Assembly (NCBI GenBank): GCA_041483195.1
Contig: JBGPFC010000005.1
Span: 32,001-96,000 of the forward strand
Source of the DNA: Candidatus Eiseniibacteriota bacterium
GTDB lineage: Bacteria > Eisenbacteria > RBG-16-71-46
Direction of reading: 5' to 3'
DNA length: 64,000 nt
A program made the position numbers and the translations under genes. Below the pieces are notes generated by a model. That model saw only the letters and a list, made by a program, of their open reading frames with translations, did not search any database and had not been told where the DNA came from. Positions 18,366 through 28,347 of this stretch are shown here, piece by piece (position 1 is the stretch's first letter; each line of letters begins with the position of its first letter).

Positions 18366-20051
18366 GTGCTCAATCTCCTCTTCATCGCCGACGTCATCGG
18401 CTCGCCGGGCCGCGAGGTGGTCCGCGCGCTGCTGCCCGGGCTGCGCCGCAGGCACGACATCCACCTGGTGATCTGCAACGCCGAGAACTCGGCGGCCGGA
18501 TTCGGAGTCACCCGCGACGTGGCGCGCGAGCTGTTCGACTCCGGCATCGACGTGCTCACCGGCGGCAACCATCTGTGGGACAAGAAGGACTCGATGGACT
18601 ACCTCGCCGATGAGCCGCGACTGGTGAGGCCCGCGAATCTTCCTCCGGGCACGCCGGGCGAGGGCTATCGCGTGTTCAAGGCGGCCGACGGCACGCCGGT
18701 GGCGGTGGTGAATCTCCTGGGCCGCGTCTTCATGAAAGAGGCGGACTGTCCGTTCCGGGCGATGGACCGGGTGCTCGCCGCGCTCAAGGATCAGTGCAAG
18801 GTCGTCGTCGTCGACTTCCACGCCGAGACCACCGCCGAGAAGGCGGCGATGGGCTGGCACCTCGACGGCCGCGCGAGCGCCGTGCTCGGCACCCACACCC
18901 ACGTCCAGACCGCGGATGATCGCGTGCTGCCGAACGGCACGGCGTTCATCTGCGACGCGGGCATGACGGGCGGATTCGAATCGGTGATCGGGATGGACCG
19001 TCACGCCGCGCTGCGGCGGTTTCTGACGCTGCTGCCCGAGCGTCTCACGCCGGCGGGCGGCGATCCGCGCTTCAACGGCGTCGTGTTGCGGATCGATCCG
19101 GCGACCGGCCGCGCGCACTCGATCGAACGCCTCCAGATCCCGCACGCGCCCCCGCCGAAGGACGGCGCCCGCCGCCTGAGCGGAGAAGAACCGGCGATCG
19201 CGGTGCGGTACGCGGCGCGGCTCGAGGTCGAGCAGCTGATCACGGCCGGGGTCACGCCCGCGCTGGCGCTGATCTCGGTGGGCGAGGATCCCGCATCGAG
19301 GATCTACCTCAAGCGCAAGGCCGAGGCCTGCGCCGAGGTGGGGATCGCGGTCCGCCGCGTCTCGATCGAGGCCGGCGCCGACACCGCGGGCGTGATCGAG
19401 CGGGTGCGCGCGCTGGGCGCCAATCCGGACGTGCACGGCATCCTGATCCAGCTCCCGCTCGCTCCGCCCCTGGACCCGCGGGCAGTGCTCGAAGCCATCC
19501 CGCCCGGCAAGGACGTCGATGGATTCCATCCGGTCAACGCCGGCGCGCTCGCGCTCGGGCTGCCGGGATTCGTGCCGGCGACGCCGCGCGGCATCCTCGA
19601 GCTGCTGCGCTACCACCAGATCCCGCTCGCCGGAAAACACGCGGTGGTGCTGGGCCGCAGCAACATCGTGGGGCGGCCGCTCGCGACGCTGTTGTCGAGC
19701 CGCGGCGTCGACATGACGGTCACGCTCGGTCACAGCGCGAGCGGCCTCGCGCTCCCCGCGTTGGCGCGCGAGGCCGACGTGCTGGTGGCCGCGATCGGCC
19801 GGCCCGAGTTCGTCACCGCGGACTGGGTGAAACCCGGCGCGACCGTGGTGGACGTGGGCATGCATCGCGTGCCGTCGCCGGACGATCGCCGCGGCACTCG
19901 CCTCACCGGCGACGTCGACGCGGCTGCGGTCGCGCGGGTCGCGGGGGCGCTCACCCCGGTCCCGGGCGGAGTGGGGCCCATGACGGTCGCGATGGTGGTC
20001 GCGAACACCGTGCTGGCCGCACAGCGTCAGGCCGCCGCCGCGAAGGTGTGA
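18366..20051 (+). CDS. Fusion of YmdB-type metallophosphoesterase and FolD methylene-THF dehydrogenase/cyclohydrolase
   Basis: N half: NAEN, GGNHLWD, RPAN, DFHAETTAEK, GTHTHVQTAD, DAGMTG. C half: VGEDPASRIY, GILIQLP, KDVDGFHP, GRSNIVGRP, TPVPGGVGPMT. No stop between them. Confidence 0.9.
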   Translation: MLNLLFIADVIGSPGREVVRALLPGLRRRHDIHLVICNAENSAAGFGVTRDVARELFDSGIDVLTGGNHLWDKKDSMDYLADEPRLVRPANLPPGTPGEGYRVFKAADGTPVAVVNLLGRVFMKEADCPFRAMDRVLAALKDQCKVVVVDFHAETTAEKAAMGWHLDGRASAVLGTHTHVQTADDRVLPNGTAFICDAGMTGGFESVIGMDRHAALRRFLTLLPERLTPAGGDPRFNGVVLRIDPATGRAHSIERLQIPHAPPPKDGARRLSGEEPAIAVRYAARLEVEQLITAGVTPALALISVGEDPASRIYLKRKAEACAEVGIAVRRVSIEAGADTAGVIERVRALGANPDVHGILIQLPLAPPLDPRAVLEAIPPGKDVDGFHPVNAGALALGLPGFVPATPRGILELLRYHQIPLAGKHAVVLGRSNIVGRPLATLLSSRGVDMTVTLGHSASGLALPALAREADVLVAAIGRPEFVTADWVKPGATVVDVGMHRVPSPDDRRGTRLTGDVDAAAVARVAGALTPVPGGVGPMTVAMVVANTVLAAQRQAAAAKV

Positions 20052-20659
20052 GGGCTGCGCACGATTCGCAGGAGGTCGCCGTGGCGAAGCTGATCCGCCG
20101 CATACTCGACGCGCCGCCGCGCGCACGCTCGCGTGAGGCGGCGCGCTTCGTGTGGCAGCTCGACGACCAGAGCCGCCGCCTGCTGCTCGACGTGCGGGGC
20201 GCATCGCCCGAGGAGCTGGAGTGGCAGCCCGCGCCCGGCATGAACACGATCGGCATGCTGCTGCTCCACATCGCGCTCACCGAGATCGCGTGGGTGCGGA
20301 TCGGGTTGTGCGGCGCGACCGAATACCACGCGCACGGCGTGATCCGCGCGCCGTTCGACCAGAGCGGCGTTCCGCTTCCGCCGGATGGACGTCTGCCCGC
20401 GCAGCTCGCGGGGAAGAACCTCGGCTTCTTCCGGCGAAAGCTCGCCGTCGCCCGCGCGCACACCAGGCGCGTGGTCGCGCCGCTTCGCGACCGCGATCTC
20501 GGCGCGCGCTTCCGGGTGCCGGCGTTCTGGTCCCGCGAAACCCGCTTCGAGGGAAACGCGCGCTGGATGCTGTATCACGTGCTCGAGCACGAAGCCGGGC
20601 ACTACGGCCAGATCAACCTCCTGCGTCATCTGTACGCGGCGTCGCGTCGCGGACGCTGA
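20048..20659 (+). CDS. DinB/DUF664 superfamily protein (start may be 20081)
   Basis: NTIGMLLLHIALTE and LYHVLEHEAGHYGQI His-triad motifs. Confidence 0.85.
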   Translation: MRAAHDSQEVAVAKLIRRILDAPPRARSREAARFVWQLDDQSRRLLLDVRGASPEELEWQPAPGMNTIGMLLLHIALTEIAWVRIGLCGATEYHAHGVIRAPFDQSGVPLPPDGRLPAQLAGKNLGFFRRKLAVARAHTRRVVAPLRDRDLGARFRVPAFWSRETRFEGNARWMLYHVLEHEAGHYGQINLLRHLYAASRRGR

Positions 20660-20663
20660 ACCC

Positions 20664-22031
20664 ATGTCGCTCGCCCCGGCTCCGGAGACCATTCTCAGCG
20701 TCGCGGCGCTGACGCGCCTCATCAAGGACACGCTGGCCGGCGCGTTCCCCGCGGTATGGGTGAAGGGCGAGCTCTCGGGGTTCAAGCGTTCCGATCGCGG
20801 GCATCTCTACTTCGCGCTCAAGGACGGCAAGGACGCCGTGCTCGATTGCGTGATGTGGAGCCGGACCGCTGCGCGTCTCGGGTTCGAGCCGCGCGACGGC
20901 GACGCGATCGAGGCGTTCGGCGCCGTGACCGTCTACGAGCCGCGCGGACGCTACCAGCTGGTGGTCGACGAGATGCGCGCGAGCGGGCTGGGCGCGCTGC
21001 TGGTCGCGCTCGAGGAGCTCAAGCAGAAGCTCGCGGCCGAGGGGCTCTTCGAAGCCGCGCGCAAGAAGCCGCTGCCGCGTTACCCCGCCCGGATCGGGAT
21101 CGTCACCTCGCCGGTCGGAGCGGCGGTGCGCGACCTGGTGAAGGTCCTGCGCGCGCGCTGGCCATCGATCGCGATCGTGCTCGCCCCGGTGCGGGTGCAG
21201 GGGGAGGGCGCGGCGGAAGAGATCGCGGCGGCCATCGAGCGCTTCAACCGTTACGCGAGGGTGGACCTGCTGGTGGTGGGCCGCGGCGGCGGCTCCCTCG
21301 AGGATCTGTGGGCGTTCAACGAGGAGCGCGTGGTGCGCGCGGTCGCGGCCTCCGCGATCCCGGTGATCGCGGCGGTGGGGCACGAGGTGGACTGGACGCT
21401 CACCGATCTCGCCGCCGACCTCCGCGCCGCGACGCCATCGAACGCTGGCGAGATCGCCGTGCGCGATCGCGCCGACGTGATCCACCGGGTGGAGGCGCTC
21501 GCCGCGCGCTCCGGGCGCGCGATGCGCCAGGGCCTCGCCGATCGGCGCGCGCGCCTCAGGCGGCTCGTCGATCAGTACGGATTCCGCCGCCAGCGCGACG
21601 CGCTCGGGTTCCTGCAGCAGCGGATCGACCACGCGCTCGAGCGCATCGGCCCCGCGATCCGCGCACGGCTGCGCGCCGCCGCCGAGTGGCTCCGGCGCGT
21701 GAAGCAGAGCTACGGCCTGCGCGAGTGGCCCCGCACGCTCTCCGAGCGGCGGGCGCGCATCGGCGAGCGGCGCTCGGCGCTCACCGCGCGCCTGGTGGCC
21801 GCCATGCATGGGCGCCGCACCCTGCTCGCCGGGTACCGGGACCGGCTCCGCGCGCTCTCGCCCCGGCTGGTTCTCGAACGGGGCTTTTGCATCGCGCGGG
21901 CCGCGGACGGTACCCTGCTGCGCGCGGCCGAGGCGCTCGCGGTCGGCGAGCGCGTGTCGCTGGAGTTCGCGCGCGGGGAAGCGGACGCGCGCATCGAGGC
22001 GATCCGTCCGGGAGGAACACATGGCAGCTGA
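20664..22031 (+). CDS. xseA: Exodeoxyribonuclease VII large subunit
   Basis: VWVKGELS, GHLYFALKD, RGGGSLEDLWAFN, AVGHEVD, TPS motifs. Confidence 0.96.
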   Translation: MSLAPAPETILSVAALTRLIKDTLAGAFPAVWVKGELSGFKRSDRGHLYFALKDGKDAVLDCVMWSRTAARLGFEPRDGDAIEAFGAVTVYEPRGRYQLVVDEMRASGLGALLVALEELKQKLAAEGLFEAARKKPLPRYPARIGIVTSPVGAAVRDLVKVLRARWPSIAIVLAPVRVQGEGAAEEIAAAIERFNRYARVDLLVVGRGGGSLEDLWAFNEERVVRAVAASAIPVIAAVGHEVDWTLTDLAADLRAATPSNAGEIAVRDRADVIHRVEALAARSGRAMRQGLADRRARLRRLVDQYGFRRQRDALGFLQQRIDHALERIGPAIRARLRAAAEWLRRVKQSYGLREWPRTLSERRARIGERRSALTARLVAAMHGRRTLLAGYRDRLRALSPRLVLERGFCIARAADGTLLRAAEALAVGERVSLEFARGEADARIEAIRPGGTHGS

Positions 22032-22332
22032 GAACGAGGCCGCGCAGGCCGGCGAGGCGGGAAGCGTCGAGGGGCTCACCTTCGAGGAGGCGATGGACCG
22101 TCTCGAGAGCATCGTCGAGGAGCTGGAGGGCGGCGCGCTGACGCTCGAGCAATCGATCGCGCGATACGAGATGGGCGTCAAGCTCTCGCAGCGTCTCACC
22201 CAGACCCTGGATCAGGCGGAGAAGAAGATCGAGAAGCTGGTCGAGGGCGATGACGAAGCGCCGGCCACCCAACCGATGGAGCTCGAGCTCAAGCATCCGG
22301 AGCCCGGGTCCGAGGGCGAGCTTCCGTTTTGA
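22021..22332 (+). CDS. xseB: Exodeoxyribonuclease VII small subunit
   Basis: TFEEAMDRLESIVEELEGGALTLEQSIARYEMG; GGAGG SD. Confidence 0.95.
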   Translation: MAAENEAAQAGEAGSVEGLTFEEAMDRLESIVEELEGGALTLEQSIARYEMGVKLSQRLTQTLDQAEKKIEKLVEGDDEAPATQPMELELKHPEPGSEGELPF

Positions 22333-23306
22333 GACGCCCCGCCCGGAGCCGCGCGCTCCGCGCGGGTTCGCGGCGCGCGGCCCGCGCGGGCGCCAGCTCC
22401 CGGGGCGTGCCCCGCCCGCCCGCGACCCGCGATGCGCTCGACCGGCGGCGGCGCGCGTTCGAGCGCTACTTCGACCGGGCGATCCGCGCGCGCTGCGGCG
22501 CGCCCGGAACGCTCGGCCGCGCGATCCGCTACGCCGCGCTCTCGCCCGGAAAGCGCCTGCGCCCGCTGCTGGTGCTCGCGGCCTGCGAGGCGGTCGGGGG
22601 GAGATGGCGCAACGCGCTCCCGGCCGCGGCCGCCGTGGAATGCGTGCACGCGTTCTCGCTGGTCCACGACGACCTGCCCGCGATGGACGACGACGACTAC
22701 CGGCGCGGGCGCCTGACGACCCACCGCAAGTTCGGAGAGGCGATCGGGATTCTGGCCGGCGACGCGCTGGCCGCGTTCGCTTTCGAGGAGCTGACCCGCC
22801 TCGATCGTGGCGGCGTCTCCGCGTCCCGCGTGGTCGCAGCTTCGCGCCTGCTCGCGCACGCGAGCGGGGGAGCGCAGCTGATCGGGGGCCAGGCGCTCGA
22901 CATCGCCGGCGAGCGGCGGCCGGCGGGCCGGGCCGCGGTGCGCGCGATCCACGAGCGCAAGACCGGCGCGTTGTTCGGAGCCTCGCTGGCGCTGGGCGCG
23001 CTCGCCGGCGGCGCGCCGCCGCGCGAGGTGCGGGCGCTCGAGCGCGCCGGCCGCGCGCTCGGCCTCGCGTTCCAGATCCACGACGACCTGTTGAACGCGG
23101 GCTCGACGCTCGCGCGACTGGGGAAGCGGGCCGGCACCGACGCCGCCCGCGGCAAGGCGACCTATCCGCGGGCGGTCGGCGACGAGCGCGCGCGGCGCGA
23201 CATGGCCCGGCTGCTCGGCCGCGTGCGCTCGCAGGTCGCGCGGCGCGGGGCGCGTGCCGCGCAGCTCACGCGGCTGATCGAAGCAGTCGCGGCGCGCGAG
23301 CGCTGA
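22329..23306 (+). CDS. ispA: Farnesyl/geranylgeranyl diphosphate synthase (start uncertain)
   Basis: GKRLRP, HDDLPAMDDDDYRRG, KTGAL, FQIHDD, GKATYP motifs. Confidence 0.93.
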   Translation: MRRPARSRALRAGSRRAARAGASSRGVPRPPATRDALDRRRRAFERYFDRAIRARCGAPGTLGRAIRYAALSPGKRLRPLLVLAACEAVGGRWRNALPAAAAVECVHAFSLVHDDLPAMDDDDYRRGRLTTHRKFGEAIGILAGDALAAFAFEELTRLDRGGVSASRVVAASRLLAHASGGAQLIGGQALDIAGERRPAGRAAVRAIHERKTGALFGASLALGALAGGAPPREVRALERAGRALGLAFQIHDDLLNAGSTLARLGKRAGTDAARGKATYPRAVGDERARRDMARLLGRVRSQVARRGARAAQLTRLIEAVAARER

Positions 23307-23379
23307 ACGCGGAGCGCGCCGCACCCGCGGCGCGCCCCACCACGCACGCCGCGACCCGCGCCGCGGCGCGCGGCCATCG

Positions 23380-23886
23380 TCACCCGATCTGCAGCTCGGC
23401 CTCGATCGCCGTGCGCGCGGCGTCCGTCCCCGCCCGCGGGGCGGTGATCGCCTGGAGCGTGTCGAGCACATCCTTCGCGAGCAAGCCGCGCTGCGACCGC
23501 CCCGGCACATCGGAGGGGACCCGCACCAGGTCGTTGATCGAAAGCATGCCCTGGAGCGACCCGGCACGATCCACCACCGGCAGGCGCCGCACGCGCCGGG
23601 ACTTCATGATCTCCAGCGCCGCGTGCACGTCCTGCTGCGGATGCACCGTGTGGAGCGCCTCCGAGACGACGTCGCCCACCATGATCTCCTCCGCGCGACG
23701 ATGGCGCGTCGCCACCGCCATGCAGATGTCGCGGTCGGTGATCACCCCGACCACCTTGCCGCCCGCCGCTTCCGTCACCGGCACCGCCCCGCAGTCGTTT
23801 CGCCACATGATCATGGCGGCGGCCGCGAGATCGGTGTCGCGCGAGCAGGACTCTGCGCGTTTCCTCATGACCTCTTCGACCTTCAT
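23380..23886 (-). CDS. CBS-domain pair protein
   Basis: CGAVPV, VVGVITDRDI, VRRLPVVD, GMLSINDL; AGGAGG SD. Confidence 0.9.
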   Translation of the reverse strand: MKVEEVMRKRAESCSRDTDLAAAAMIMWRNDCGAVPVTEAAGGKVVGVITDRDICMAVATRHRRAEEIMVGDVVSEALHTVHPQQDVHAALEIMKSRRVRRLPVVDRAGSLQGMLSINDLVRVPSDVPGRSQRGLLAKDVLDTLQAITAPRAGTDAARTAIEAELQIG

Positions 23887-23926
23887 ACCCGTCCTCCTGA
23901 TTGTCGCGCGGTTCGCGCAATGGACC

Positions 23927-24886
23927 TCATGTCCATTGCGTTGCCCGCGCCACCGGCCGCGCGTACGCCCCGCCCGGGGCGTGCGCGCGGCCCCGAGGCA
24001 TCGCGAGCTGGCCGCGGTGCGCGAGCCACTGGTCCATGCGCTCCGGCGTGCCGAGATCGATCCAGCCGCAGGGGGGAAGCATCGCGAGCCGCAGGTGCGC
24101 CGTCACGCGCTCGAGCAGGTCGCGGCCGAACTCGACGCGCGGCAGACCGGGATAGGCCCGCCGCGCCGCGCGCGCCGGAAGCCGGCCCTCGTCGATCGCC
24201 GCCAGGTACGCGTGGAAAAGCTCGGGCACCGCGCGCTGGTACGCGTGCACCAGAGCCCATCCGTTCGCCGCGAGCACGAAGGTGTTCCACACGCCGCCGA
24301 TGCCCATGAGGCGCCGGGCTTCCGAGGCGTTCGGCTTCTCCACGAAGCTCGCGACCGGAACCGGCTCACCGCCGCGATCTCGCCCCGGCACGATCCAACC
24401 GTACTCGGTGTCGGCCGCCGCAGGCGGTGCGCCCAGCACCACGATGTGATCCGGCCACGCGTCCGTGGCATGGACCATCCCCGCCGCCGCATCCGCCAGC
24501 ACGCTCTCGTCGTCGGCTTCGTGATCGGAGGGAAACACGACGATCGTCGCCGCGGGGCAGTCCCGCAGAATGTGGATCACGGCATGCAGGAGCGCGACGG
24601 CGGTGCCGCGGTTCACGGGCTGGGACAGAACGTTCTCGGGAAGCAGCGCCGAGAGCTGCGGCTGCCACCACCGGCGCTGCGCGTCGACCACGACCGCGAC
24701 CACGTGGCTCGGGCGCGCGAGGCGCGACGCGCGCTCGAGGGCGGCGTCCAGCGGGGTTCGACGATCGTCGACGCGCCAGAACTGCTTCGGAACCGCCCGC
24801 CCGAGCGCGTCGAGCGTGAGATGCGCGATGCGCCGTCCCTCGCCGCCCGCGAGCACGACGGCCCACACGTTTCCACGCTGCGACAT
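23927..24886 (-). CDS. Mannose-1-phosphate guanylyltransferase-like sugar nucleotidyltransferase
   Basis: LAGGEGRR, PKQF, QPVNRGTA, FPSDH, EYGWI, FVEKP, GWIDLGT motifs; no cupin domain. Confidence 0.88.
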   Translation of the reverse strand: MSQRGNVWAVVLAGGEGRRIAHLTLDALGRAVPKQFWRVDDRRTPLDAALERASRLARPSHVVAVVVDAQRRWWQPQLSALLPENVLSQPVNRGTAVALLHAVIHILRDCPAATIVVFPSDHEADDESVLADAAAGMVHATDAWPDHIVVLGAPPAAADTEYGWIVPGRDRGGEPVPVASFVEKPNASEARRLMGIGGVWNTFVLAANGWALVHAYQRAVPELFHAYLAAIDEGRLPARAARRAYPGLPRVEFGRDLLERVTAHLRLAMLPPCGWIDLGTPERMDQWLAHRGQLAMPRGRAHAPGGAYARPVARATQWT

Positions 24887-24963
24887 CGATCACCTCGGCG
24901 ATCGGCCCGGCCCTGACCACACCGCTAGCACGTCGCGCATGAAACGGGAAGCACCGAATGGAA

Positions 24964-24979
24964 TGCATCGGGCATGCCT
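24964..24979 (-). promoter_or_regulatory. Putative sigma-54 promoter for the nucleotidyltransferase-CBS pair
   Basis: Minus strand AGGCATGCCCGATGCA (GG-N10-GC). Confidence 0.5.
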
Positions 24980-25116
24980 TGACGGTCTCCTGTCGCGGGA
25001 GGGACACCATGGTGCGGGCCGGTCGGAGCACCGGCGCCGCGACCGTTGGAGGAACCGTCCCGCCGCCAGTTGCCCAAAGCTCGCGAGATGCTTATCGTGT
25101 CGCCCCCAGCACGTCC

Positions 25117-25578
25117 ATGGGACGGACGAACCTCATTTCGGAGGCCGCGATCACGGAATCGTTCTGGCTCGCCCTCAGCGTCGGTTTCCTGGTCCAGGGC
25201 TACAAGGGATTTCGCGACTTCTTCGCGACCCGCCGCCTGAATCTGCGCCGCTTCGTGCAGACCGGCGGGATGCCCAGCTCGCACGCGGCCTCGGTGTCCG
25301 CGCTGACGACCATGGTCGGCCTGCGCGAGGGTTTCCGCTGCACGCTGTTCGGGGCGACGCTGTTTTTCAGCCTGATCGTCATGTATGATGCCGCCGGTTT
25401 GCGCCGCGCGGCGGGACGGCAGGCGGCCGTGCTGAACCGCCTGATCGACCAGCACTTCAAGCATTCGGAAGCCGAGACCCAGCGCCTGATGGAGTTGCTC
25501 GGCCACACTCCCTTCGAGGTCCTCGTCGGCGCGCTGCTCGGCGTGGCCAGCGCCCTGCTCTGGGACCGGGTCCACTGA
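25117..25578 (+). CDS. Divergent PAP2 family (DUF212) membrane protein
   Basis: TGGMPSSHAA, IVMYDAAGLRRAAGRQA, ELLGHTPFEV motifs. Confidence 0.92.
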   Translation: MGRTNLISEAAITESFWLALSVGFLVQGYKGFRDFFATRRLNLRRFVQTGGMPSSHAASVSALTTMVGLREGFRCTLFGATLFFSLIVMYDAAGLRRAAGRQAAVLNRLIDQHFKHSEAETQRLMELLGHTPFEVLVGALLGVASALLWDRVH

Positions 25579-27470
25579 TGAGTCTGCTCGAACGCATCCA
25601 TTCCCCGGCCGATCTCAAGACGCTCACGCGTCCCGAGCTCGACCAGCTCGCGACCGAGATCCGGCACACCATCATTCAGACCGTGGCGCGCCGCGCGGGG
25701 CATCTCGCGCCCAACCTGGGCGTGGTCGAGCTGTCGATCGCGCTCCATCGCGTGTTCGATTCGCCTCGCGACAAGATCATCTGGGACGTTGGGCACCAGT
25801 CCTATCCCCACAAGCTGCTGACCGGGCGTTTCGAACGGTTCGACTCGCTGCGCAGCCTCGGCGGCCTCGCCGGCTACCCGAGCCGGAGCGAGAGCGAACA
25901 CGATCCGTTCGGCACCTGCCACGGAAGCACTTCGCTCTCCGCGGCGCTCGGCTTCGCGGTCGCGCGCGATCTGCGCGGCGAGAAGAACCACGTGATCGCC
26001 GTGATCGGGGACGGCGCGCTCACCGGAGGCATGGCCTACGAGGGACTCAACAACATCGGAGAGCTCGGCAGGCGCGTGATCGTGATTCTCAACGACAACG
26101 AGTGGAGCATCTCGCCCAACGTCGGAGCGATCTCGCGCTACCTCACCAAGCTCACCACCAGCCGCGTGTACCGCGCGTTCGAGCGCGATGTCTACGAGCT
26201 GATCGGCAAGCTGCCGCGGCTCGGCAAGAAGGCGCAGGAGGCCGCGCGGCGCGTGAAGGAGGGGCTCCAGAACCTGGTGGTCCCGGGCGTGCTCTTCGAG
26301 GAGATGGGCCTCAAGTACTTCGGGCCGATCGACGGCCACAACCTCGACGTGCTGGAGGAGACGCTCTCCGATCTCCGGCGCTTCGAGGGGCCGGTGCTGC
26401 TGCACGTCGTGACCACCAAGGGCAAGGGCTACCAGCCGGCCGAGCGCGACGCCGGCACCTTCCACGGCGTGGGGGTGTTCGATCCCGAGACCGGCACAGC
26501 CTCGAAGAGCACCAGGAAGACCTACACCCACGTGTTCGGAGAGACCGCGCTCGAGATCGCGGAGAAGGTTCCGAACGTGGTCGCGGTCACCGCCGCCATG
26601 ACCGACAACACCGGGCTCAAGCCGTTCGCGAAGCAGTTCCCGGATCGCTTCTTCGACGCGGGCATGGCCGAGGAGCACGCGGTCACGTTCTCGGCCGGAC
26701 TCGCGGCGGGCGGGCTCATCCCGATCACGGCGATCTACTCGACCTTCCTCCAGCGCGGCTTCGACCAGATCATCCACGACGTCGCTGTGCAGAACCTGCA
26801 CGTGGTGCTGGCGGTGGATCGCGCGGGGCTGGTGGGCGAGGACGGCGCGCCGCAGCACGGGGCGTTCGACGTCGGATTCCTGCGGATGATCCCTGGCACC
26901 GTTGTCATGCAGCCGCGCAACGGGGAGGAGCTGCGCGACATGCTGTGGACCGCGGTCTCCCACCGCGGCGGACCGATCGCGGTGCGCTACCCGCGCGCGA
27001 ACATCCCGGAGGACGCGATGCCGAAACGCGAGCCGCGCGTGCTCGCGCTCGGGGTGAGCGAGCAGCTGCGCGCCGGGGGCGACGTGGCGATCCTCGCGCT
27101 CGGGACCATGGTGGCTCCTGCGCTGGCCGCGGCTGAAACGCTGGCGGCGGCCGGGGTGTCGGCCACCGTGGTCAACGCGCGCTTCGTGGCGCCGCTCGAC
27201 GAACGCGCCATCTCGGGCCTCGCGCGGTCGGTGGGGCGCATCATCACCGTCGAAGAGAACGTGCCGATGGGCGGATTCGGGAGCGCGGTGCACGAGTGCC
27301 TCGACCGTCACGGCCTCTCGGCGACGCCCATGCTGCGCATCGCGCTCCCCGAGACCTTCGTGACGCACGGCAAGCGCGACGAGCTGCTCGCGCGCGTCGG
27401 GCTCGACGCGGCCGGCATCGCGACGCGCGCGCTCGACTGGATCAAGGTCACCCAGCGCCAGTACACATGA
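25578..27470 (+). CDS. dxs: 1-deoxy-D-xylulose-5-phosphate synthase
   Basis: GHLAPNLGVVEL, WDVGHQ, GDGALTGG, LNDN, IYSTFLQR, DRAG motifs. Confidence 0.98.
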   Translation: MSLLERIHSPADLKTLTRPELDQLATEIRHTIIQTVARRAGHLAPNLGVVELSIALHRVFDSPRDKIIWDVGHQSYPHKLLTGRFERFDSLRSLGGLAGYPSRSESEHDPFGTCHGSTSLSAALGFAVARDLRGEKNHVIAVIGDGALTGGMAYEGLNNIGELGRRVIVILNDNEWSISPNVGAISRYLTKLTTSRVYRAFERDVYELIGKLPRLGKKAQEAARRVKEGLQNLVVPGVLFEEMGLKYFGPIDGHNLDVLEETLSDLRRFEGPVLLHVVTTKGKGYQPAERDAGTFHGVGVFDPETGTASKSTRKTYTHVFGETALEIAEKVPNVVAVTAAMTDNTGLKPFAKQFPDRFFDAGMAEEHAVTFSAGLAAGGLIPITAIYSTFLQRGFDQIIHDVAVQNLHVVLAVDRAGLVGEDGAPQHGAFDVGFLRMIPGTVVMQPRNGEELRDMLWTAVSHRGGPIAVRYPRANIPEDAMPKREPRVLALGVSEQLRAGGDVAILALGTMVAPALAAAETLAAAGVSATVVNARFVAPLDERAISGLARSVGRIITVEENVPMGGFGSAVHECLDRHGLSATPMLRIALPETFVTHGKRDELLARVGLDAAGIATRALDWIKVTQRQYT

Positions 27471-28345
27471 GTGGACGCCTGCGTCGCGTCGGGATCCTGG
27501 GCCACGCCGGCCGCCCCGGCGTGCGACGCGCGGCGGTTTCGCTGGTGCGGCGACTCGAGCGAAGGGGCCTCGTCGTGCGCCTCGACGCGCGACTCGCCGG
27601 CGAGACCGGGAAGGATGGCATGGCGCTCCGCCCGCTCGCCCGCTGGTGCCAGCTGCTCGTGACCCTGGGCGGAGACGGCACCGCGATCACCGGGGCGCGC
27701 GCGCTGGCGGGCAGCCCCGGGGTGCTGCTCCCGGTCAATCTCGGCGGGCTCGGTTTCCTGACGGTCGCCGAGAGCCGCGAGCTGGACATCGCGGTGCGTC
27801 ACGCGCTCGACGGATCGTGGCCGATCGTGCGGCGCCGCCTGCTGAGCGCGCTGGTGCGGCGCAACGGCCGCACCGTGAAACGCGGGATCGCGATGAACGA
27901 CGTGGTCGTCAAGGGCGCGGGCGGGTACTCCGCGATCCATCTGCGCATGGCGGCGATGGGCCACGACCTGGGTCATCTGGTCGCCGACGGACTGATCGCC
28001 GCGAGCGCGGCGGGCTCGACCGCCTACTCGCTCTCGGCCGGCGGCCCGGTGGTCGCGCCCGACGTGGAGGCGATGGTCGTGACCCCGGTGTGCGCGCATT
28101 CGCTCGGCAGCCGCTCGCTGGTGCTGGCTCCCGCCACCGAGCTCGCGCTGCGCGTGATTGGTTCGTTCGATCGCGTGCTGATGCTGCTCGACGGCCAGGA
28201 GAGCGTCGATCTCTCGCCCCGTGACGAGATCCGCGTGCGACTCGACCGCCTGGCGGTGCGGATGATCCAGAATCCCGACCGCCCCTTCACGCGCTCGCTG
28301 CAGGCCAAGCTGGGCTGGCAGGGGAGCGCGAAGCGCAGCATGTAG
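27467..28345 (+). CDS. nadK: NAD kinase
   Basis: LGGDGT, VNLGGLGFL, NDVVV, GSTAYSLSAGGP motifs. Confidence 0.92.
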   Translation: MSGRLRRVGILGHAGRPGVRRAAVSLVRRLERRGLVVRLDARLAGETGKDGMALRPLARWCQLLVTLGGDGTAITGARALAGSPGVLLPVNLGGLGFLTVAESRELDIAVRHALDGSWPIVRRRLLSALVRRNGRTVKRGIAMNDVVVKGAGGYSAIHLRMAAMGHDLGHLVADGLIAASAAGSTAYSLSAGGPVVAPDVEAMVVTPVCAHSLGSRSLVLAPATELALRVIGSFDRVLMLLDGQESVDLSPRDEIRVRLDRLAVRMIQNPDRPFTRSLQAKLGWQGSAKRSM

Positions 28346-28347
28346 CC

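Noticed and set aside
16602..20204. 1200-aa minus-strand ORF and similar long antisense ORFs (43197-46046, 46360-49371, 13307-15787, 25200-27368)
   Set aside because: Shadow ORFs opposite well-supported genes. Stops are rare at this GC content and the translations have no recognisable motifs
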